Shown in pieces: positions 20,875 through 29,976 of a DNA stretch of 64,000 nucleotides. The position numbers were made by a program, and so were the translations under genes. The stretch is from Candidatus Bathyarchaeia archaeon. Lineage in GTDB: Archaea; Thermoproteota; Bathyarchaeia; Bathyarchaeales; Bathycorpusculaceae. How positions within the stretch are numbered: position 1 is the first letter of the stretch; the number at the start of each line of letters is the position of its first letter. The notes beneath the pieces were generated by a model. It was not told where the DNA came from. It saw only the letters and a program-made list of their open reading frames with translations, and did no database searches. The stretch covers positions 64,001-128,000 of the forward strand of contig JBEKKK010000003.1 of the NCBI GenBank assembly GCA_050010755.1, in the 5' to 3' direction.

Positions 20875-22152
20875 TTAAGCGTATTTCTCTTTCACTTTCT
20901 TCGCTTTTTCAAGATAGGTTTTCAGTTCCATTTCTTTGATCCTTTTTTCTGAAAGAGTTTCAGGAGCGTAGATGAGCGGCAGCATTGCCAAGAACAGGAA
21001 GAAGCTCGCTAATGAAAATGCGGCTGAGGTTTGAAAATTTGCTCCTATGAAGGGTTTCACTAGAGCGGAGAGAAAACTTGCTAGTAGGTAGGGAAGACCT
21101 CCCAGAAGATAGTATCTCTCCTTTTGATTGTCCTGTGCAAGATCTCCCCACATGGTCATGAAAAAAACTGCGGCGAACATTCCCCAGGCAACTCCATCAA
21201 ACAACGTGTATACGTACAACGTGGCTTGTGTTGTTGAGAAAAGGCTGAGAAAAGCGTACTCGAGACCTAGCAAGATGAATCCCATTATTGCGACGCGTTT
21301 TCTGCCCACTGTGTCCGCTAGAAAGCCCCCGACTAGGGCGAAAGCACCGGATATGGCGACTTCAACGATTGAAGAAAGGTTCGCTGCGTTGCCGAAGGAT
21401 TTCTGGAGAATTGGGGCTTCTGCGAAGTTCACGAGTGAGAACAGAACCCAGGGCAACAGGTATAGTATCATGTCTCTGCGTTCCAGGATGGATTTGTACG
21501 ACTGGGTGTGTGGAGTTGAGTCGGTCTGAAGTTCTTTTCTTGAAGCTAGATAGAACGCCATGAACCCGAAGAGTCTCCATATGGCGAGTACTCCTAGTGA
21601 CTGTGCGTTAGTTAGATTGCTAGTTAATGCGAGAAGGGCCAGGACGAAGAGCCCGATTGTGCCCCAGGTGAAGCCGCCGTAAGTCCCGCGGTTTTCGACA
21701 CTCGTCGCATCTCCAAAGTACGCAAGACACGAGGGAAGGCCGACACCAGTTGAAATCCCAAAAACAAGCGAAACCGAAAGATCTATGGAAAAGTTGCTGC
21801 CAAGCGAGACTGACAGAAGGGCTGTCATGGCTACTCCGAATAGCATCCATAAAGACAGCCACTTTACTCTTGAACGCCGGAATACCATGGTTCCCACAAA
21901 CGCTGCGACCGCGATTCCGGCATAGTAAGCTCCAAGAACCAGAAGGTACTCGTTTTGCGCTAACGGAAGAGACTTCGTGAGAAAGTAATTGGTCAGCACG
22001 TACCATACGATACTACTGGAAACTAGAAAGAGGGCAGGCGCAAACTTTCGTAAAGGTATCCTCTTCTCGAAGACCCTCGAATGGAGCATTTGCGTCGCGA
22101 CCCTTAAGAAATCAGTTGATCTCCGTACATAAAACGTTTCTTTACTCTGCAA
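20875..22152 (-). CDS. MFS-type membrane transporter
   Basis: About 12 TM helices; GGFLADTVGRKR motif A; C-terminal PETL. Confidence 0.85.
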   Translation of the reverse strand: MQSKETFYVRRSTDFLRVATQMLHSRVFEKRIPLRKFAPALFLVSSSIVWYVLTNYFLTKSLPLAQNEYLLVLGAYYAGIAVAAFVGTMVFRRSRVKWLSLWMLFGVAMTALLSVSLGSNFSIDLSVSLVFGISTGVGLPSCLAYFGDATSVENRGTYGGFTWGTIGLFVLALLALTSNLTNAQSLGVLAIWRLFGFMAFYLASRKELQTDSTPHTQSYKSILERRDMILYLLPWVLFSLVNFAEAPILQKSFGNAANLSSIVEVAISGAFALVGGFLADTVGRKRVAIMGFILLGLEYAFLSLFSTTQATLYVYTLFDGVAWGMFAAVFFMTMWGDLAQDNQKERYYLLGGLPYLLASFLSALVKPFIGANFQTSAAFSLASFFLFLAMLPLIYAPETLSEKRIKEMELKTYLEKAKKVKEKYA

Positions 22153-22169
22153 CAGTATTTATGTTCAAC

Positions 22170-22217
22170 AAAAACGCTTAATTAGTAGATGTGTTCTACA
22201 CATATTCTAGTGAGGGA
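22170..22217 (+). promoter_or_regulatory. BRE/TATA (AAAAACG-CTTAATTA), inverted repeat ATGTGT-TCT-ACACAT and SD GTGAGGGA upstream of a micropeptide ORF
   Basis: TATA-like 22177-22184, inverted repeat 22189-22203, SD 22210-22217, ATG 22223. Confidence 0.55.
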
Positions 22218-22222
22218 TTGAG

Positions 22223-22267
22223 ATGAAGGCAAAACGAGAAGTTCCAGTTAGATTCTTCCCACCGTAA
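22223..22267 (+). CDS. Candidate 14-aa peptide MKAKREVPVRFFPP
   Basis: ATG with well-spaced SD and promoter; fills the gap between the MFS and prenyltransferase genes; below ORF-track cutoff. Confidence 0.5.
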   Translation: MKAKREVPVRFFPP

Positions 22268-22270
22268 TTT

Positions 22271-23278
22271 CTACAAATCTTCGAGAGTAGCTTTTACCAT
22301 GTTTGCAAGTAGTTTCTTTGTTTCTTGATTTCTTATTGATGAAAGTGTCCTCTGCGCTTGACCTATGAGATTCAACATGTGGTTTCTGAGGTTAGCAACG
22401 GATTTTGATTCCATCACGATGTCGAGCAACTCTTCAATTTCTTTGTTGGTGAGTTCTTTTTTGCTGAGAAGTCTCTTGACGTCCGTGCTTGAGTCTTTGT
22501 CTTGGAAAGCGTAAAGCACGGGAATGGGGTAGGCTTCGGTCTTTATCCGTTGATTGAGTTCTTCGGCCTCGAAGATATCTATGAATTCCTCCCTAAGTGT
22601 GGCAAGTGTTCCCATTATTCTTCCGTACCGTGCCAATGCCTTGCACTCTTCAGCAGTTCCTCCACTGAGGATAGCTGCAATATTCATGTCCGCCTCAATG
22701 CTCGCTGCTTTATTCTCTATGATCTTGATGTATTCATCTGGAGAAGCATCTAATCTTCGCCTGAGACCCAGCTCGGAGGCGTGGGCATTTCCAACATCGA
22801 AAAGCGAGACCCTCAGGGTGGCGAAGATTCTGTCTATTTTCTCGGAAGCCAGCTTGTTAGTAGCTTTTCCCATCAAGGTGAAACCGTATATCATGAACGC
22901 GTTTCCCAGCAGAAGTGCGACATTCTCTCCGTATTTGCCGAAGACGGTTGGATAATTGTGCTTGGTTTGCGAACCGTCAATTATGTCGTCATGGATGTCG
23001 AAGGATGCACCCAACATCGCTATGGCAACCTGGGCTTCTAAATGGTTTGCAGGATCTCCTCCGACTGCTTCGCAGGCTAGTGAGAAGATTCCGGGGTGCG
23101 TAAAATCGTTCCAATATGAGAAGTAGTGCTGCAGAGCTTGACTTAGTTCTTGATACTCGATTTTCTGAGAGAGCATGGACTTCCTTACAAACATTTGGCA
23201 ATCTTTGCTGCGTTTGATTAGATCCTCGATAATCAATTGCGATTGTTTCTGATTCTTCTTGGCGCCCATGGGATCCAA
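22271..23278 (-). CDS. Polyprenyl synthetase-fold protein with degenerate motifs (ComQ-like)
   Basis: First DDIID retained; GGKRxRP and the RRG after DDxxD absent (DFTHP; KHN); second motif REEFID. Confidence 0.8.
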   Translation of the reverse strand: MDPMGAKKNQKQSQLIIEDLIKRSKDCQMFVRKSMLSQKIEYQELSQALQHYFSYWNDFTHPGIFSLACEAVGGDPANHLEAQVAIAMLGASFDIHDDIIDGSQTKHNYPTVFGKYGENVALLLGNAFMIYGFTLMGKATNKLASEKIDRIFATLRVSLFDVGNAHASELGLRRRLDASPDEYIKIIENKAASIEADMNIAAILSGGTAEECKALARYGRIMGTLATLREEFIDIFEAEELNQRIKTEAYPIPVLYAFQDKDSSTDVKRLLSKKELTNKEIEELLDIVMESKSVANLRNHMLNLIGQAQRTLSSIRNQETKKLLANMVKATLEDL

Positions 23279-23535
23279 CTTTACTGATTGTTCTATTTAA
23301 GACCTAACGGCTAAAAGGACGGGGCACGGCCTAGTTTATACTGCATTTTCTCCTGACTATCAGGTACGCCTCTCCAGGAACGTTACCAGGCGCAGAAATC
23401 ATGAATTGTTTGTTCTACCCTTTCACTTTGCTTTTGCCGATCATTAAACTCATTTTAGGCTGCTAAATAACAATCAGAGCTGATTATGCTATTTTAGCCT
23501 TGAATCTTTGGACGCGAATGTTTCCATAACTTCTG

Positions 23536-23862
23536 CTATTCAATGTCTTTTCCGCTAAGCTGTTCCTTCAAAATGTCCATGTATGTTTCAATGTATTGTT
23601 GACCCTTCCTAGTCAGCGTGTACACCTTTCTCGTTCTTCCACCCTGTCTTTGGTTTTCGCTGGTGACAAAGCTTTCACGTTCCAGCGCGTTCAGTAGCGG
23701 ATATAAGGCTCCATGTCTGAGGTTAACGCTGAACCTTTTTTCCGCTTGTTTCTTTATCATGTAACCCCACATTGGCTGCGTTTGAAGGAGTCTCAGTATT
23801 TGGATGTCAAGAAGGTTTCTGGTGATGCGTTGTACAAGTCCCTCTTTATAGACTTCTGCCAA
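23536..23862 (-). CDS. PadR family transcriptional regulator
   Basis: IL.LL..QPMWGY...GALYPLL..LE...RKVYTLT..G. Confidence 0.9.
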   Translation of the reverse strand: MAEVYKEGLVQRITRNLLDIQILRLLQTQPMWGYMIKKQAEKRFSVNLRHGALYPLLNALERESFVTSENQRQGGRTRKVYTLTRKGQQYIETYMDILKEQLSGKDIE

Positions 23863-24105
23863 TTAGTTCACGGTCTATTTATGTCCAATTCTGTACTGGT
23901 CCATGCTTCAGCTTATTAGATTTACGTTGAAACGGTACGATTGAATATGCCTGGTTATGCTTCTTTATGTCTGGCATAAGCATGAACCTTTATATCGTCG
24001 TCTAGGCCGTATAAAGACTCAAGATATGTCATAAGAAAGACGTATCGTATCAACGTCCAACAACAAAACTGTTGGACAAACAAACACAACAGAAGGAAAC
24101 ACAAC

Positions 24106-24519
24106 ATGAACAACACAAAAGAAGTACAAGCCAAACTGATGAAAGGCTTGTTGGACCTGATAATACTACAATTCCTGAACGGCCAGCCCATGCACGGTTA
24201 TCAGATAATCACAAAAATCCGAAAAACCTTCGGAGTCTACTTCGGCCCAAGCACCATATATCCGCTTCTTGGAACGCTGGAAAAAAAGAGATACGTGAAA
24301 AGCGAATGGGACATGAGCACCGAAAGACCGAGAAAAGTTTACAAACTGACCACAGATGGCCAGAATCTGCTGAACTTCACAGAAGACTCGCTCAATTTCA
24401 TTTGCAGAAAAATAGGCAACCCTGGAGTATCCAAAAACGACATGCCGGAAGCCACCGTTCAACACTCAGCACTGCGCCCCTTCCTGAGAAAACTCGAAGA
24501 ACCAAAACCAATGATGTAG
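24106..24519 (+). CDS. PadR family transcriptional regulator
   Basis: QPMHGYQII...PSTIYPLL..LE...RPRKVYKLT..G. Confidence 0.9.
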   Translation: MNNTKEVQAKLMKGLLDLIILQFLNGQPMHGYQIITKIRKTFGVYFGPSTIYPLLGTLEKKRYVKSEWDMSTERPRKVYKLTTDGQNLLNFTEDSLNFICRKIGNPGVSKNDMPEATVQHSALRPFLRKLEEPKPMM

Positions 24520-24690
24520 AGCCACAATTCCCCCACTTCTTTAATCGCCCCCAGATGAAGGCCCAACAAGCTCCAAGTCGTTCAAGAGGAGACCATGCAA
24601 GCTTGACAGCAATCCAATCTGGGGGCATGAGTCATCTTCTGAACATTGCATAGCAGTAATGTGACTTAGCCTAGATGATGATACATCAAA

Positions 24691-26076
24691 TTAAGTTTTC
24701 AGTCTTTCTGACACTTGATTTCTCCTGCTTGCCAACCTGCTGCTTAGCTCAACTGAGTAACGAGAGGGGTTTCTCAGTCTCTTGTACTTCTCTGGAAGCT
24801 CTGAAAGATTCTTCAACGTTGTCTTCCTTATCAGTTCAAGCGTTGGCATTTCGCAGGTTACCTGGCCATCTTTCATGACTTCTTTCAAGAGACACTCTCC
24901 CTCGATCCTTTCATTTTCCAAACCGATTACGTCTTTGGCATAACTCCCGTTCCTGTCTCGCTTCCGAAAGATCTGTTTCTTTCCTGGCAAAGTCGCTTTG
25001 CCCTTGCTCAATTTCATCGTAGGAACGAAATCCCCATCTTCAACTTTCCCCGATAATTTGTACACAACGTCCACATAGGGCCTGTCCAAGGAAGTGCCCA
25101 TACGCGTTCCAACCCCGAAAGCATCAATCTTTGCTCCTTTTTTCAGCAGCTGCTCGATAGCGTATTCATCCAGGTCTCCGCTTGCAAATATCTTCACATA
25201 ATCCAAACCGCGATCGTCCAGAATCCTTCTCACCTTCTGGCTAATGCTCAGCAGGTTCCCACTATCCAATCGAACGGCGTTCAGTTTGTAACCTTTCTTC
25301 TCCAATTCTTCGGCAACGATGGCCGCGTTTTCTGCGCCTTTCAAATCGTCGTAGGTGTCTATTAGGAAAGTGGAGCTTTCGGGAAAGGTTTTGGCGAAGG
25401 CTCTGAAGGAGTCTAGTTCTTTGTCGAAGAACATGATATAGGAGTGCGCCATGGTTCCGAACAGTGGGATGCCGTATTTCATGCCGGCCAGCACGTTTGA
25501 AGTTCCTTCGGCCCCCGCTAGGTAACTGCATCTCGCGGCTTTCATACCGGCGTCTGTTCCCTGTGTTCTTCTCAAGCCGAACTCTATGACTGGTCTGCCC
25601 TTTGCCGCATGGACAACTCGTGAAGCCTTGGTAGCGATCATGGTTTGAAGGTTCACAGTGTTCAGGATGAATGTTTCAACAAGTTGAGCCTCTATTATCG
25701 GCGCGGTCACCCTGATTAAGGGCTCTTCAGGGAAAACTAGTGTTCCTTCGGGAACCGACCACACTTCCCCAGTGAACTTGAAACCTTTTAGGTACTCCAG
25801 GAATGGCTCGTTTAGCTTCTTTCCTTTCAGGTAGTTGATGTGTTCCTCGCTGAATTTCATGTTTTCGAGGAAAAGCAATACTTGTTCTAACCCAGCGAAG
25901 ACAAAGTAGGATCTGTTCGGCGGCAACTTTCTTATGAAAAGATCGAACGTTGCAGTTTCATTTCTTCCGTTTTCAAAATAGCTGGCACACATTGTCAGCT
26001 CGTAAAAATCAGTTAAAAGGCTCATGTTTGCCTTGTCGACAAAGTCAAACTGCGGTTTTTTCATCCGACGAACCAA
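24691..26076 (-). CDS. pncB: Nicotinate phosphoribosyltransferase
   Basis: LLTDFYELTM, EFGLRR, GTMAHS, LIDTYD, VRLDSG, FGVGT. Confidence 0.93.
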   Translation of the reverse strand: MVRRMKKPQFDFVDKANMSLLTDFYELTMCASYFENGRNETATFDLFIRKLPPNRSYFVFAGLEQVLLFLENMKFSEEHINYLKGKKLNEPFLEYLKGFKFTGEVWSVPEGTLVFPEEPLIRVTAPIIEAQLVETFILNTVNLQTMIATKASRVVHAAKGRPVIEFGLRRTQGTDAGMKAARCSYLAGAEGTSNVLAGMKYGIPLFGTMAHSYIMFFDKELDSFRAFAKTFPESSTFLIDTYDDLKGAENAAIVAEELEKKGYKLNAVRLDSGNLLSISQKVRRILDDRGLDYVKIFASGDLDEYAIEQLLKKGAKIDAFGVGTRMGTSLDRPYVDVVYKLSGKVEDGDFVPTMKLSKGKATLPGKKQIFRKRDRNGSYAKDVIGLENERIEGECLLKEVMKDGQVTCEMPTLELIRKTTLKNLSELPEKYKRLRNPSRYSVELSSRLASRRNQVSERLKT

Positions 26077-26183
26077 AAGACATTATGCTTTTGGTTTTAA
26101 GAATGTTTACGTTACCTTCTTGCTGTTTTGTGCTGTTGATTGTCGAAGAAATTTCAACGCACGTGCTCGGAATGAATGGGTGT

Positions 26184-26918
26184 TCAGTATTCCAGTTCTC
26201 CATTTATGAATTTCCGAGTTATTTCGCTGTGCGGATTTGTGAAGAACGCTTCGGGACCCGCAATTTCCACTATCTTGCCTTCGTAAATGTGCACGACTTC
26301 GTTTGCCAGTCGCTTTGCCTGACCTAGATTATGCGTTGCCAGTATGATTATGCCATTCTCTTTTGTTCTGTTAATAATTGACCTCTCGATTATTGTTGCA
26401 CTGTTCGGGTCCAAGTTGGCGGTGGGTTCGTCCAGAAGCAGGATTTGAGGGTTAAGCAAGAAGGCTCGCGCCAGAGAGATTCTCTGTTGTTCTCCCCCCG
26501 ACGTTTTCTTTGCTTTTCTTCTCTCGAAATTCCTTAGTCCAACATCCTGCAACGCCCGGGTTATGTCCTTTTTGATTTCTGCATCTTTTTTTCCTCTAAT
26601 CTTGAGAGCGTACGCCAAGTTGTCGTAAACTGACCTGCTGAACATAGCTGTCTTTTGGAAAACTAGTGAAGCTATCTGACGCAATTCTCTTTCGTTCATC
26701 CTCTTGCCGTTGAAAAAAACGCTGCCTTTGTCCTGTTTTTCCAACCCAGCTATGATCCTAAGCAGACTTGTTTTCCCTGCTCCGTTAATTCCCAGCAGTA
26801 CAATCGTCTTGCCCCCTACGATTTCCAAACTAATATCTTCCAAGGCTTTAACTGAGCCGTAGCTTTTTTTAATATTCTTAAGTTGGAGTTCCACTTTCAT
26901 CGCCCAGATATTCTCCAA
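26184..26918 (-). CDS. tupC: Tungstate/molybdate ABC transporter ATP-binding subunit
   Basis: GINGAGKT, SGGEQQR, LLLDEPT; in operon with tupAB. Confidence 0.8.
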   Translation of the reverse strand: MENIWAMKVELQLKNIKKSYGSVKALEDISLEIVGGKTIVLLGINGAGKTSLLRIIAGLEKQDKGSVFFNGKRMNERELRQIASLVFQKTAMFSRSVYDNLAYALKIRGKKDAEIKKDITRALQDVGLRNFERRKAKKTSGGEQQRISLARAFLLNPQILLLDEPTANLDPNSATIIERSIINRTKENGIIILATHNLGQAKRLANEVVHIYEGKIVEIAGPEAFFTNPHSEITRKFINGELEY

Positions 26919-26941
26919 AAACCCAATCCTGAAAAAATGCT

Positions 26942-27784
26942 TTAAGATTTGTCCTGGTCGGGTTTTTTTCCGAATTTGCCAACGGTTAACTTCCTAGGCG
27001 TTTCTCTTTGCCTCACTCTTTCTACAAGATTAATTGCCAAGGTTATCACCACGACTATTGCCATGAGGATTATCGCGTAAGCCATCGCGACATCAAATTC
27101 CCCTAAAGTTGTTTCCAATGCAATCGAAGTTGTCAACACCCTCGTTTCCCCTAACAAATTGCCGCCCACTATCATGGCAACCCCTAGCTCTCCGAAACCT
27201 CTGTTGAAAGCGGCTGACACCGCCAGTACCATTGACCAGACGGTTTCCCTCATTATGGCCAAATCTGTTCTGAAGCCAGAGGCGCCAAGCGTTAGGGCGA
27301 GGTCTTTTACCTGGGTGTCTGCGGTTCCGAGCGCATTGGCCGTGAAGCTGACTATAATCGGTGTCACAAGGATGGATTGGCCGATAGCTATTCCATTGAG
27401 CGTGTAGAGAAGGTGGAGAGAGCCGAATTCTCCCTCGTGCGACATGAGGAGGTATAGGAGCAATCCGAGGGCAACTGTGGGAACTCCTATGAGCGAGCTG
27501 AAGATTCCTTTGACGACCCATTTTCCTCTGAATGAGTAAAGACCTAAAACGGCTGCGATTGGAATGCTCCACGTGCAAGATAGCAACGTTCCGAGGCCCG
27601 TGACATAAAACGACCTGTAGACCGTCGCGTATACCTCGTGGTCGCCGCTGAAGATCAGTTCGAGGGCTTTCCTGAACGCCTGACCTGTGATGTCTTGAAG
27701 TTGAGGGTTGAGATAAAAAAGGGGAGTTAGATTCCCGAACTGCGTCACTGGCATTGGACTCATCTGTTTGCCTCTGTCGCTCAC
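26942..27784 (-). CDS. tupB: Tungstate ABC transporter permease
   Basis: GVPTVALGL, LLYT..GIAIGQ..LVTPI, ELGVAMIVGGN...TRVLTT. Confidence 0.85.
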   Translation of the reverse strand: MSDRGKQMSPMPVTQFGNLTPLFYLNPQLQDITGQAFRKALELIFSGDHEVYATVYRSFYVTGLGTLLSCTWSIPIAAVLGLYSFRGKWVVKGIFSSLIGVPTVALGLLLYLLMSHEGEFGSLHLLYTLNGIAIGQSILVTPIIVSFTANALGTADTQVKDLALTLGASGFRTDLAIMRETVWSMVLAVSAAFNRGFGELGVAMIVGGNLLGETRVLTTSIALETTLGEFDVAMAYAIILMAIVVVITLAINLVERVRQRETPRKLTVGKFGKKPDQDKS

Positions 27785-27830
27785 CTAGCGCGCGCTGGCG
27801 ATATAAAGAGCGAGATGTTGCTTATTCAAT

Positions 27831-29048
27831 TCAATCCCAAGAGTAGTCGTACAGAAGGCTTGCGTCGTACCGGTAGGCCGTTGGGCATTCTGTTCCGTTG
27901 AAGTAGGCGTAGGCTTTGATCCAGCTCAACAATGTGGAGTTGGCGTTGTTAGCAACCAAGGGAAGGAACGGGGTGAAGAGCGGCGATCCGAATGTTGAAG
28001 TTCCGTAGTTGGCAATTATGTTTTCGCCGGGGCTGGACACGAGCCAGTGCTCGAACAGCATTGCAGCGTCGAAGTTCGTGTTCGTTTCGGTGGGGTACAG
28101 CGGGTTGTCCACGATTACGCTGTAGACGTTTAGCAGGTCTTTCGTGGCTTGAACCACAATTGTCATCTGGATGTTTCCGTTATGGGTGTTGGTCAGGTAG
28201 GAAGCCGTGTCTGATAGTGTGTACCCACCTAGTTCGTTGGCCACGAGCAGCGTGGCTGTCATGCCCTGTCCTGTCGACTTAAACCATGAGGTTTCTGTGG
28301 ATATCTGGGTGTAATTTATGCCTGCTTCTTTCCATAGCGCTATTTCTTTTGTGTTGGTTCCTGAGCCGTCTGCCCTTGATACCCATATGGCTTTGCCTTC
28401 TTCTCCCAATGTTTTGATTTTTTGCAGAGCGGCAACGGGTGTCGAGCCATTTACGTTCGCTGGATCGTTTTGAGGTCCCACCATGATGAAGAAGTTGGAT
28501 GCTATGATTTTGCGGTTCACGCCGTATCCGCCCGTTAAGAATGGCAGTTCTGACGATGGTGCGTGGACCATCACCATGTCTGCATCACCTCTCTCGGCCG
28601 TCGCTATGGCTGCGCCTGTTCCCTGTGAGAGGAAATTGATGGTTATCCAGGGGTATTGTGCTTGAAACGCGGTTTTGAGTGTGTCCTCTACCCCTGTCTC
28701 GTAGAGGCTCGTCGTTGACGAAACCGTTAGGGTAGTGGATGGTGGCATCTTGCCTTTCCATCCGAAGTTGCGGGCGACAAGAGCTATGTCCCTTAAGTTT
28801 ACGACTCCGTCATTGTTGATGTCGGCATCGGGGTTCCATGTCTGACTGACTGGCGTGGTTCCGAACGCCCTCGCGACGATTGCCAGGTCTTTTAGATTCA
28901 CTGTGAAGTCGATGTTGATGTCTTCTGGTATGGTGATGGCATTTCTCCAGTTGTCCGCGCGTACGATAGGTATCCCATAGTAGGCGCTTAGCAGTAAGGG
29001 CAACATGCAAACGATTAGAATCAATGGTTTCTTCAATTTACTACTCAA
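27831..29048 (-). CDS. tupA: Tungstate-binding protein with N-terminal dockerin-like domain
   Basis: STTSLYETG, GTGAAI, VHAP, SRADGSGT..KE; N-terminal EDINIDFTVNLKDLA / ADINNDGVVNLRDIA repeats. Confidence 0.85.
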   Translation of the reverse strand: MSSKLKKPLILIVCMLPLLLSAYYGIPIVRADNWRNAITIPEDINIDFTVNLKDLAIVARAFGTTPVSQTWNPDADINNDGVVNLRDIALVARNFGWKGKMPPSTTLTVSSTTSLYETGVEDTLKTAFQAQYPWITINFLSQGTGAAIATAERGDADMVMVHAPSSELPFLTGGYGVNRKIIASNFFIMVGPQNDPANVNGSTPVAALQKIKTLGEEGKAIWVSRADGSGTNTKEIALWKEAGINYTQISTETSWFKSTGQGMTATLLVANELGGYTLSDTASYLTNTHNGNIQMTIVVQATKDLLNVYSVIVDNPLYPTETNTNFDAAMLFEHWLVSSPGENIIANYGTSTFGSPLFTPFLPLVANNANSTLLSWIKAYAYFNGTECPTAYRYDASLLYDYSWD

Positions 29049-29127
29049 TTTTATTCGTCTCCTTTCTCTGTTTCCATTTGAGTTTCAAATCACTTTTGGA
29101 TTTGTGCGATAGAGTTAACCGATATGC

Positions 29128-29150
29128 ATATAAAAACATTTCGAGCACGC
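29128..29150 (-). promoter_or_regulatory. tupA promoter block (BRE-TATA), shared with 31256-31278
   Basis: 21/23 identity between the two sites; contains TTTTTATAT on the minus strand. Confidence 0.65.
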
Positions 29151-29205
29151 GCTGCTGGGTAGGACGTTTATCGCGAGAAGAATGCCGGTCATTTCCACTC
29201 GATGC

Positions 29206-29763
29206 TTACTTTGCTATCATGACTTCCGTCGCCTTTACGATGGCTTCGACCTGGTCGCCTATCTTTAGGCCCAAGTCTTCAGCTGCTTCCTTTGAAATCA
29301 ATGCTGTCACAACGGCTGGAACTGTTATCTCAACTCTGACTTTTGCCATCAAACCATTCTTGTCGATGTTGGTGACTTTTCCTTTCAACTGGTTTCTTGC
29401 GCTGATCTTCAATTTTTTCACCTCCTTAATGCTTTCTTCGCCCACGACCTCGTTTACGTAGGTTTCTAGCCGCTTGTACTCAGCCAGGAGACCCTTTCCT
29501 ACGTCTGTTAATTCAGCCCCTCCTCCTCCTGACCTTCCTCCTCTGAAGGTTTCGACGACTGGTTCACCGATCGCCTTTTCAATCTTCTGCAAGTAGTTCC
29601 AAACGTAGCGGTAGGACATTTTCAGTTTTCTGGCAGCGAGCGAAATTGACCTCTCCTTTTCTACTTGCTCCAGAATCTCTGCCCCGCCCTTGCCCACTAC
29701 GGGTCTTCCATCGTCTTCTATCCATACCTTGTACGAGAACTTGTGCTCTTTTTTGGCAGGCAT
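29206..29763 (-). CDS. modE: ModE-like regulator (HTH plus TOBE/Mop)
   Basis: SIS.AARKLKMSYR..W, RGG..GGGA.LT, ISARNQLKG. Confidence 0.85.
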   Translation of the reverse strand: MPAKKEHKFSYKVWIEDDGRPVVGKGGAEILEQVEKERSISLAARKLKMSYRYVWNYLQKIEKAIGEPVVETFRGGRSGGGGAELTDVGKGLLAEYKRLETYVNEVVGEESIKEVKKLKISARNQLKGKVTNIDKNGLMAKVRVEITVPAVVTALISKEAAEDLGLKIGDQVEAIVKATEVMIAK

Positions 29764-29976
29764 TCTGGTTTTGTATTACTACCCTATGTTTATAAGTCCT
29801 ACCTCGCAGTGGCCTCTAGCAAGCCAGTCGGAAGCATTCCCCTTCGAGCTTGTGTTGGGTCATTTTCACATCATTACCCAAGGTTTCGATAGACAAAGAT
29901 TTCTTGACTTAGTGTGGTAAAGAGTCATTTCTGTTGTTAGGGATGGCCGAGTCTTGATCTGTGATTATTTCTTAGT

